Shown here piece by piece: positions 12,145 through 24,100 of a stretch of DNA of 64,000 nucleotides. The stretch spans positions 19,947,432-20,011,431 of the forward strand of contig NC_092679.1 of NCBI RefSeq assembly GCF_964355755.1, read 5' to 3'. The DNA is from Antedon mediterranea. Taxonomy: Eukaryota; Animalia; Echinodermata. The translations under genes were made by a program, and so were the position numbers. Each line of letters starts with the position of its first letter. Position 1 is the first letter of the stretch. A model generated the notes under the pieces. That model made no database searches, had not been told where the DNA came from, and worked only from the letters and a program-made list of their open reading frames with translations.

Positions 12145-15100
12145 AAATCAGGCAAAGAACATTAATTCGAAACCGCCCGGTGATATACTGAAATTTAATT
12201 AATTAATTTGAAACGATAAAGATGAGGAAATCTGTGAGAATGAGAAAAAGTCGCCCCAATCGAGACTCGAACTCGGACCGCCTGCTTGATATGCAGATGT
12301 CCTAACCATTAGACCACTGGGGCTTTCATGGTATTGTTCGAACTCGATTGGATAGCGACTCTTTAACATTCTCGGCGTGGTACGGCGGAACAGCACTAGT
12401 CCTCAGTTGTACGCACGCGCACCAGAGATCAAATTGATACGCCCTCATCTTACAGTATTTTTATTCACGTATATATATATATAATCTGACTGATATAAAG
12501 CTCTGTCTACACTATCAACTTTATGTGATGTGCCCATATATGGAAATGATGAAGTCACATCACTACCATATTTGGGCACATGACACTAGTTTGATAATGC
12601 GGACAGAGCTTAATAAAGTTAAATACCCACTTGGTAGTTTCATTGGCATGAAAGAAAACATCATCCGGCGCGTCAAGCCAGCTTAGCTTCTTCTTCTTTG
12701 CTTCTGATCCCATCTGTTTAAATAAAAAAAATAACTAATATTAGCATACAATTCATACGATACTCAGGGGTTTAATGGTGCTGGGTGTAGATACACACAT
12801 TCTGCACACCCTACTACACATCTACCACCCACTTTTAACATAGCATCCATGCAAGAACATTACGGGTACTTGAAAGGGGTTGTATTTCTTACTCACCAAC
12901 ACCTAGACATTTCTAGCTAGATTCCCGCATACAATTCTTAGTTTGTTCACTATATTTATTTTGTTTTTATGGTTTAAAAGTTTATGAATTTATAGGGCTT
13001 CCCTGGTGTATACTACCCTACTACCTCCATTGAGATTCTTTTAATTTTTAAAAGGATTGGCATCATCATGTAGCATACATTATTTAATACCCAAACACAA
13101 ACAAATTAATAACATAAATACATAAAAAAAAATTAAAATAAAAGCACATTATTATAAAATGAATACTTACATCTGCTTTTCTTCCAGATTCTGAAAAAAA
13201 AAATTAATAAAAATCATGAATAATTAAACAATAATTTTAATTTTACTTAATGGTGTTTTTTTTTCCAACATATGAATATTACAATAAAGTTACACTCACT
13301 GATGGAGAAATTGGTGCTTAAAGTCGTATCTTGGTGCTAAACTGTATGGCAGCCACCCAACTTAATACCTCTAAACTAAACTGTTATCAATATTATATAT
13401 ATCAATATTAATAATAAATATTGAAGCTGCCTATATGTTATGAAACATAAATACTTATATAAATATATTATAAATACTTTGTAAAATGAGATAAAGATTG
13501 CATAGTGAGAATAACAAACACCTAACAAACTGCTATGGGAATACAACAATTGTTATGGTTGTAGAGTTAGGTATAGGGTGCAACATGTAAGTATGCACTG
13601 CATTTATTACATTTTGTTGTAGAGTTAGGTATAGGGTGCAACATGTAAGTATGCACTGCATTTATTACATTTTGTTGTAGAGTTAGGTATAGGGTGCAAC
13701 ATGTAAGTACGCACTGCATTTATTACATTTTGTTGTAGAGTTAGGTATAGGGTGCAACATGTAAGTATGCACTGCATTTATTACATTTTGTTGTAGAGTT
13801 AGGTATAGGGTGCAACATGTAAGTACGCACTGCATTTATTACATTTTGTTGTAGAGTTAGGTATAGGGTGCAACATGTAAGTATGCATTGCATTTATTAC
13901 ATTTTATTTTGATTATAATAATTATATATTTAATCGATATAACAAAGTTAAGCAGAGTTGCCATTTTTGAATTTCTTATTCATTTATACTTAGTAACCTG
14001 TTTAGTCAAAGACTGATCTCCCAGTGGGCCCAGTTATGACCAGTGGCTGTGTGTGTACTAGTACACAGGGGTAGCCCCCTACTCGTCTCGAAAGATGTAC
14101 TAGGTTCTTTAAAGATGTGTACGCTGGACCTATGGTTTATAGTCCTTATCCGTGAAGACTTGTTCTACCACCAGAACCATGGAGCGAGTAAACCTTCAAC
14201 CCATGCCGATGTTATGGCTACATAATTACGTTTCCACTGTCTTAACTGCTCGGCCAAATGAGTGGAAGGTAATTGACAAAAGTAGGCACAGAATATTCAA
14301 TTACATCATGTCAATATATAGGCATGTCATATTTTTGTGTCACATAAAGTTTGATAGTGTAGACAGAGCTTTACAATAAAGAGTCATTCACTTACCCCTT
14401 CCCATTGATCCAGGTATGTACGGTCTTTTGGTTGGAGGACCTGAAAATATTCAGTACAGTTAAAACATGATCTTACAATTCTTAAAACTTAAAATATCTA
14501 CAAATATTAACAAAATATTTACAAACATTGTAAATATAAAAAGAATTTACAATAGAATGATATAAATTATGTGATTGACACATTATTATGAATAAGGAAA
14601 AACATTCATTCAAGTAAGCATGAAAAATGAATATTAATAAATAAAGAATATGCCATTTTGCAGTTTTATTAAAGTTATTCACTTCCATGAAATTAACCAA
14701 ACTAATGAATAAAAATAAAACCAATTTACATTTTTTTGGCTGTAAAATACAGTTTTTCAGGTAAACAATTTTTTTTTTCCGATCTAGTGAATAACTGTTA
14801 AGTTAGATTAAAATGGCATATTGAAAAAAAAAAGTTGTAAACAATTTATATTAAATAATAATGCAAAACCATATAATTCAATTTTATAAACATATTAGTA
14901 TACAATAGTAGCATTGTCATAACAAGAAACAAAATTTAAAATGATAAAGAAATATTGTAAAAACATTTTTTAACATTTAAAAAATAAAATTTTAAATTGG
15001 TGATCTCTCACAAACCACAGGAAATGGAAAATGGCAGATAGAATAAAAAAACAAGTTTTTTCAAACATTTTTAATAAACATGACGTATAATAAATAGACA

Positions 15101-18100
15101 GACACACTTGGTTATAGTATAATTTATTTTACTAAAAACGTTACACATTTTGGAGATATTAAAATAAATCTCTTTTGTTTTACACATCAAATGGACAGGT
15201 CACCACACAACAATCAAGATTTAGTTTTACAAGTTGAGTTTATCATCGGCAACCTTTAATCGAACATGCCAACAGCGTTTTTGTTAAATAATAGAAAATT
15301 GTACACAGAATTGAACAATGCCATATTATTTTCTGTGAAACTGAATCAATGTCATATAGAGACAACAGCAACAGGATATATATACGGATCCCTTTCATCT
15401 GTTAAATTGTTAATAACTTTTTATAATACATACATCAAATAATATATAATGTGGCAGTATAATGCTAAATATAATAGTCTAAAAGCTCTGTCTACACTAT
15501 CAAACTTTATGTGACAACAAAATGTGATGTGCCATTTTATGGACATGATGATGTCATATCACTACCATATTTATGCATATCACTACCGTATTTGGGCACA
15601 TCACACTTTTTTTGTCAAACTATTTTGATAGTGTAGACAGAGCTTTAGAATTAGAACTAATTCCTCCATGGTTTTAAGCTCTGTCTACACTATCAAAATG
15701 TGAAGTGCCCATATATGGACATGGTGATGTCATATCACTAGTAGTACCATATTTAAGCATATCACTACCATATTTGGCCCATCACACTTTTTTTTTGTCA
15801 AACTAATTAGATAGTTTAGACTGAGCTTTAGAATTAGAACTAATTCTTTCATGGGTTTAGGATGGTTGGATATAGGATAGGATATTTTTTAAGGTACATT
15901 TTGGTATAAAGGATGGAGTCAGGACTTCTGACTGGAATCATGGTACGCAAGTATGGCACCAAGACTAGATAAGGATACCAAATAAACATTTAGTGAAATC
16001 AAATAAAAAACACAATGACAATGTGTTTATCTAGTAAATTAAAAAAAATTTTATGATTGAGAATAATTGATGAATTGCCTATTCATCTATTCAAAAAGCA
16101 AAAATGACCAGGGATTAAGAAAATTTATCAAAAAATGTAATGGTAAAGAATAAAAGATGCGAAAAGCCGAGCAAATTTTACGCCGATAGCATTTTGTCCT
16201 TACCAGCCACACCATTTTGTGAATCTGGGTACACTCGTTTAACAGGCGCCAACACGGTTCTGGGAAGACTCCTTGCTTCTGTATATGTTGCATAATTCGT
16301 CTTGCGAGCTAAACGACACGTTTCAGAAATGAATCATAACACATAAAACAATGAAATTAGTTTACAAGTGTGAAGAAATTAACATATCAAATTTCATTAT
16401 GTAAAATAATAACAAAATATTAACTGAAATCTAATTCATTTTTAATATTATAATCAAAAATATAATAAATTAGTAATTTAAATGATAGAAGTAGAAAGCA
16501 ATATCAAAAGTCTAACAAAAAGAAGAAATCGTATGTTATTTGAACTGAACAACTTAAATGGTTAAAGAACCCAAAATGTTTAGTAACTAAATGCAATGTT
16601 TTCCAATCAAAATAAGGCTGTCATATATCATTGAACAGCATGCTAAATAGAGGGCGCTATCACAGTTTAATCAGAAATGTTGTCTTTGTGTTTAAAGATA
16701 TAAAATTGAATGACAACAAATTCTTCTTATCTTACATGATATATTGCTGGTAAGTGGTGGAGGGAATGACATTCTTGGCGGTTCTCCTGAACCATACATA
16801 TGTCTATTGTAGCCTGTCTGCAATTGCTGGTTTTCCGGGTCAGAGGTCATGGCTAACATCTCCACCCCTATCTTTGACACCACCAACTCCAGCTTCGGTC
16901 GAACTCTGACCTTGTATGGCTTATATTTTTTAAGATCTTCTGCTGGAATGGACTGACCTGGGAATATAAGTATTGTAAAGTTGAAAGGTTTTCTATATGA
17001 ATAAAACACCTGTAAATACTGTAATAATAAAAATAAACTATTACACTGGAATTATGAGGTTTTAAAGAAAAAAATAAAAACAAAATGGCTACTGTACTTA
17101 CATTCGGCTTTTATACTAGAAATATTGATAGGGTTGAACGGGTTACGTGCAGCGTGACGTATATTGAGTATTTTTGGGCAGACCCGCCTTGATAATTTGG
17201 TTAGAGGCGTGGTTGTTAGTAGAAACGATTGTCGTGTTTTCACCCCAGAAGCACGTATTGCACTTGTACGTATGGTCAGCCCGTGCGCTGTTTGACAGTG
17301 ACGGGCCAAGTGTGACTTCAGTTTGAATTCCTGCAAGACGAACGTTAAAAATTTAACAACAAATGCTCAGAAATTAGAAGAGCAAAAGTTGTTATTTTTC
17401 AAGATTTCTGCATCTTTAATATTATAAAGTATTTTGAGAGAATAATAAAATACATTTACAGAATAAAATTAATTACAATAGAGCATTTGTTGCTAGTTGT
17501 TTGATAAAATTAGCAAATACACCAATTGTAGTATTTTAAGGAGTTTTAATACTCCTGTAACTGGGACACCCCCTATTAAGGGGACACCCCCTATTAAGGT
17601 TTCCCCTTAATAGGTGTTCTACTGTACTAGAATAATGGTTAAAATTTATGCTGAAAGTTATGTAATTTATTGGAAAGAGTGTTAAATATGTTTACCTTTT
17701 CACAACCAGCTATGGTGCAATGGAAAACTCGGTGCATTCCGCCGGCGATTCGTTCTATTCCATCTTGCCGAGGGCGCAACATCGACGGCCGTTCTCCATC
17801 TATTGATGAGGATATATTTGATGACACATCATCTGATGTACAATGACAGCCCAAAGAAACAGAGAGAAATACATCAAACGATTGACATGTAAACACAAAC
17901 GCCTACCTTGATCCAAACTTGATAGCATGCACTTCAGGCCTATCAAACTAGCCTAGCCTATTAACACCATATACAATAGTTATGCCTACAGTGGCCTGAC
18001 TAACAATAAACGTTTATTTGCTATATCCAGGCATGGTATATGGCAATCACCAAAATAATTATATGTATTATATTCAAACATGTGTCAAATACGGGCATAT

Positions 18101-21100
18101 AATGGCTATATATGGGCACAATAGATGACACACGACTATATTTGGTATGGTACTCAGACAATCCTAATCGTCAATATTTCTAACATTTTTACTCACCACC
18201 ATTTCTGAAGCTCCTGATTGATTGTTATTGATTAATATTGATTATATCATATTGAACCTGGAAACTAAACTAAATCTACATTTAGATTTCTCTAATATTT
18301 AATTATTAAAATAGGTTCATATAAACCTATATTTTCCCTATTAATAAAGCAAAAACATTTTCGATTAGCTTTGTGTTTAAATTCTTTCTAAAAATCAGTG
18401 CAGGCAAATGATAAAAAAATAATAATGAAATATAATATGAAAGCTGAATGGAAAATGTTTTTGCATTAGCGAAAAAAATAAATAAATAAAGAAATTATCG
18501 ACCTAGATACATTGACAAAAAATAATCTCAAACCTGGCTCATGCAAATTAAGCAAGAAGCTGGCTACTGCTCCTAGCCCCTACCGTAGCTACTCGAGTAT
18601 TGGCACACCCCCGTCGGCTCCCATATGGGCCCCAAGACAAGGGGGTGCACTTCTACCCGAGCGAATTGCTTACCCGAGTTTAAGCGCACGCCCTGGCTTC
18701 TTCTTCAATACTTCGTAACCGGACCAGGAAAATCTGCGAAGCTGTAGCCGCAAAAAACAAAACACAATCTTTGCGAAGCATAAAAATAACTATCTGCCAT
18801 TTTCCATTGTGACCATAAAAAAAGAGAAAACTGGGGAAAAATGTTTGTTTTTGCCACATTTTTCAGTGACAAAAAAATGTTAATTTATTGGAGAGAATAC
18901 TCGAGTAACTACGGTAACTGGATAACCAGACTCCAATCCCTTTTGTACTGAATATGAGATTCAAGATGAACACAGAGCAGATATGAAGAGAAATATAATT
19001 AAAAATAGTAAAAAATGAATAGTGCAATTTAAGCTTTGTCTACACTATCAAACTCTATGTGACCAAAAAATGTGATGTGCCCATATATTGACATGATGAT
19101 TTCATATCACTACCATATTTGGGTATATCACTACCGTATTTGGGTACATCACACTTTTTTTTTTTCAAACTAGTGTGATAGTGTAGACAGAGCTTTACAC
19201 AATCAAGCAAGATAGAAGCCAATACATAACACAATATTATAATCAATATTGGGTTTGAATTTAAATTCAGGACTGAGCTGACATGGCACATGGTGATGTA
19301 CCAGAACTCTGGAGTACTGTAGTTGCACACTCCCTTAGTATTGGCATCTATCTATTTTATATCTAATGTGTTCATCCCGGTGTGATAACTTTGCCATGAC
19401 ATATGAACAAAGGCAACAAATAGCATAAGCTCTGTCTACAATATCAAACTTTATGCGACAAAAAAAATGTGATTTGCCATTTTATGGACATGATGATGTC
19501 ATATCACTACCATATTTGAGAATTTTATCACTACCATATTTGGGAATATCACTACCATATTTGGGCACATCACACCTTTTTTTGTCAAACTAGTTTGACA
19601 GTGTAGACAGATCTTTAAACAATAGTGTACAAAAACACAACACACTAAAATCACAGTTTCATTAAATCACACATTTAGGAACATTTTTTATCTTATTGAA
19701 AAATTAGTAAAAAGAGAAAAAATATGCATTTTAAAAAAGGGTGGAAGAAAATTACAGTAGAACTCCTGATTTAGGAAACCTCTATCAAGGGGACACTTTC
19801 CTGTAAAACAAACTAAGGCTAATATAAGTTTTAGCACTATGGTAAAACCCTGTTAAACGAACAAAGGGCTTTTAATACCACAGCCAAACCTCTTTTCAGG
19901 GGACACCCTTATAAAGGAGAATATTTGATAGGTCCAGAAGGTGTCTCCTTGCTAGAGGTTCTACCTTAAACAACATGATGAATAAATTAAAATGAGAAAG
20001 CAAAAGCTCAAATAAATGTAAAACAATAATTTCTGTATAATCAAATATTGCATGCAGCTATCGATAAATGTATTTTGTAATATTAATACTGGATTTTCCA
20101 GTTTCTAAAATTCAACAATGAATTATAGCAGAACAATCCAACTTTAAAATAATTTCCAGTCGAAAACTAATAGCCAATATAATTGTTACTCTTTCTGTAT
20201 TTATACATGCCGCATGCAGTTTTGGTTAATTTGTAACTTACCAAGTCGTGTAGGCATCTTTAGGCCTCCACATTTCTTCCAGTACGTCCAACAAGTGGCA
20301 CAGAGACGGCACTGCATGTTGGCTGGTCCCCACGAATACCATTGGTAAGACGTTTGGGCTAGATGGGTAAACAAGAAATTGTGTTTAAAAAAAGATATAC
20401 AGACATTATATCGTATAAAAGAAATGTAACTAATTTATTTTTTCATTCAATTCCAAGTGGTGTGTCTCCATATGTGACAATATTTGTCCAGTATTATAGA
20501 CAAATTCTGTAATATAGCCTATCATGTATATCACATGTGGTACCTGTATCATGCAAGGTTAAGGGTTACTGTAGGTATCTACGATACAAGTGTCACGTCC
20601 CGTATACTGGACAAATTTAGAGGTAGGAGAGAATTGGCTGATATTTTGGCACAGCACAAGACTATTTGACACCCCCTTCCCTTACAATTGCAAATGGCAG
20701 GATGTTCAAAGACTTACTATAACAGCTCTCACAAGCCCTTGCTCCGGGCGGAAGTTGGCTTTGCGCATCATGAGGCGTGCCTGGTTTATTTAAGATCTGG
20801 TTCGGGTTTGGCTTGTTACTAAAAGAAAAATGCATTAAATAAACTTGATTTAAATAAGGAAAATAAATAATAATATATATTTCAATTTAAATAATATTGA
20901 TTTAAATTTTCCGATATATATTTATACTTACTAATTAGGTATATAGACTTGTTTCAATTTGCTCTCAGCTTCGGCTGCCTTCAGTCTCTTCTGCTGTACG
21001 TATCTGTCCGTGGTTTTCCACATGTAGTAATACTCTATAACACTCTTCAGGGACTTCCAGGGAAGCTGAAAACAAACATATAATAGCAAATATTTAATTT

Positions 21101-24100
21101 GTTTTACACATTGTGGATATGCCCTAAAGTTCACAATAGGACAAAACACAAGGACGCAAGCACAACTAAGTGGTTTGACCAATCGTAAGCGATGGATTAT
21201 TCAAACTGCTGATTGTTATTGGTCAACTTTCATGCTGGCGCTAGACCCATGCCGGAACAAGTGAGAAAGACCCTTCAGAGGAGGAACATGTTGTTATTGA
21301 AAAAAACTTCTTTCCCACAAAGCGCATAGACTTAATCCTGAATCGACAGGCTAGAAAAGCTAGCTTATAAAATTGTGACCAAATTAGAAATTTACTAATA
21401 CTTACAAAATCTTGTCTGATGTCGTTAAAATCTTTACCATATTTTTCTAGCGCTTCTTCAAACATGTTAGCCTCTGATGCTGACCATTCCTCCATTTGGT
21501 CCCGGCATAACACAGGGCCCGCCGACGGTACAAGTAGGGACACTGCCTTTGATATATCGTAGTTGTTCTTATGTAAAGCATCCATTGCATGGAACTGGAG
21601 AGAGGAACATTTATTTTTTTAATTAAATCTCTCATTTTATAAATTAAAAACAAAATAGATTTTTTTTTTTAAAGTTTTATTCCACGTGCCATTAATCTAC
21701 TTAATTTGTTTAAAAACATTATATTTCAACATAAATAAAAGAAAAACAAGTAAAATTTAATGCAAATTCCAAATTATCTTTGATTTGCATATGCAAATTT
21801 AGTAAATGACACCTCCCGATTAAATGTAACTTACCAATGTGATATCCCTAGATGCTGCAGCAGCACTCATATGTAAGCTAGGCTGCCTTACAGAACTGCT
21901 ACAATCAAGGGCCCTGGCAAACGTTCCTACTGACCTGCAAAAATACATTTACTCTGCATAAATATGTTGGTGAAAGTCAGTTGACCTGGGCTAGCAGTAC
22001 ATGCATCCTGCACTCAATGCACTTTGCAATACTTTACTCAAACTCTCCCAAATCAAGAAATCCGGAATTCAGAATGTAAATTTGGCATCTTTGCAGTAAA
22101 GGAGTGTTTCCGGTATTCTGAGATTGGTTTTTTAATGTTTTGATGTGCCCATATATGGACATGATGAGCTTAACATTGTAATGTATTTATTTAAAAATAA
22201 TATTAATAAACAACACAAAATATTCAACTTTACCTAGCCACTACCAGGAATTGGTCAATCTGTTTTTCTGTTAAACCGTTTTCATGATCCCAAACCCGCG
22301 ACTCTAATTTACTCAAATCTCTGTCATCAGTTTCACCTAGAATAAAATAAAAATTGAATAATGTAAAATAATAAAGCTCTGTATACACTATAAAACTTTA
22401 TTTCAGCCTTCGGGGCTACATGTTTTTACCATATATAAACCTATAAAAAAAATGATGTTATATCACCATCATATTTGGGCATACCACACTTTTGTTGTCA
22501 AACTAGTTTGATAGTGTAGTGTAGACAGAGCTTAAGCAGTGACTAAATTAACTTTAAAAAAAAAAAATTTTTTTATACTGTCATCGAGACAGCATTGATT
22601 CCTGTAAAAAAATATTACAAAGTATAAACATTGATTGTCTCAATACCTTCTTTAAGTTTTGGTGTTATTTCTGCTTGGTACCGTGACCCGACCCGTATTT
22701 CTCCCTTGTCAGCCAGTAATGTTTTTTGTTGTGGGTCATACACTAATGAATAGAAGTAAGCATCCTACAAGAAACAAAAAAGAACATAAAAATAATTTGA
22801 TTTAGTGAATCAAAATTGAAAGAAAAGGATTTAGATGGATAGATTAATTTATAAAAATAATTTGATTTAGTGAACCAAAATTGAAAGAAAAGAATTTAGA
22901 TGGATAGATTAATTTATATTCAATGTGACAATGACAACTTTTATTTTCTTTATGAAAATAACTGATTTAAACAAAGAAAAGGGAAAAATTTAAGAGGCAA
23001 ATGCCTATAAAAGAAAGAAATTTCATTAAATATGAAAATCAGCTCTTAAATAATAATTGCAAAGGTTTTTCAACAGAAACACAATTTCTATGTCAGATTC
23101 AGTGTTATTTCTAATTGCTTTAATCTAATATAATAATTTATTTGGAAGTTACACTTTTCAAAAGAAGAAAATTTTATCCGTTTATTTTATATTGACACTG
23201 TTGATTCGTCTATTTGTTTTTTAAATATTTTTATATAGTTTATTTTATATCATTGTTGTTACTTTGGGAGTACGGAACCTGAACTCTTGTTATAGTGATT
23301 AGGTTCACTTTTAGGTTCCTGCCTACTCCCTTAGTTTCTGTGTTTTGTTTGTTTGTAACTGGTTTTTGGGAATAAATAATAATAATAATAATAATAAAAG
23401 CTTGTTTAATTTACATAGATTATCATATTCATTCATATTTATTATTTGTATACATTGTCTCAGAAACACAATTTTTATATCAGAATCGGTGTTTATTTTT
23501 TAATTATTTTTTATCTGTGTGAATGTAAATTATTGTTATAAAGAAAAAGAATTGTCTTAATCAAATGGATGAGTGATAACTAATTTAATGACTTGGGTCG
23601 AACTTAATATTTTTTTATTACTGTCCATGTTGCTATACTTACATCTTTATTCAGGTATGACAATAATGATTCTGTTTCGTTAAGTAACGTGACGGTACAT
23701 TTGCCACGGATGTGCGTGGCTGGAAGCGTTTCCAATTGACGCGATAGAAACAGTTCACGATGCTTTAATTGGTGGCGGTCTTTCTCCGCTAATTCTTCCA
23801 ATGCCTCCTCCATCTCTTCCTCAATCGCCACTAGAAAAAAGCAAGCAATATAACAGCTTAATTTTGCATTTACCACAATAAAAAAAATGCATATAATATA
23901 TTAAAAATTTAATAGATTGTCATTTTTGTTACTTCAAATAAAGTGGTTTTGTTTTGTTTGCTTCTCTCAGAAAACGTTCTTTCTTTCTCAGAAAACGTTC
24001 TTTCTTTCTCAGAAAACGTTCTTTCTTTCTCAGAAAACGTTCTTTCTTTCTCAGAAAACGTTCTTTCTTTCTCAGTACAGTAATCTTGTGGTTTGTACTC

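Noticed and set aside
13558-13905. CRISPR-like regular repeats (also 30636-30755 and 32583-32729)
   Set aside because: No unique spacers, no cas genes and a eukaryotic context; these are plain tandem repeats.
18197-18257. AG...GTGAGT-bounded 61-nt candidate MTA exon
   Set aside because: Stop codon in the MTA frame, low complexity and no homology support.
20718-20818. Suspected frameshift in the MTA exon before the GATA finger
   Set aside because: Careful reverse-complementing gives a continuous frame, [33 protein letters not shown].
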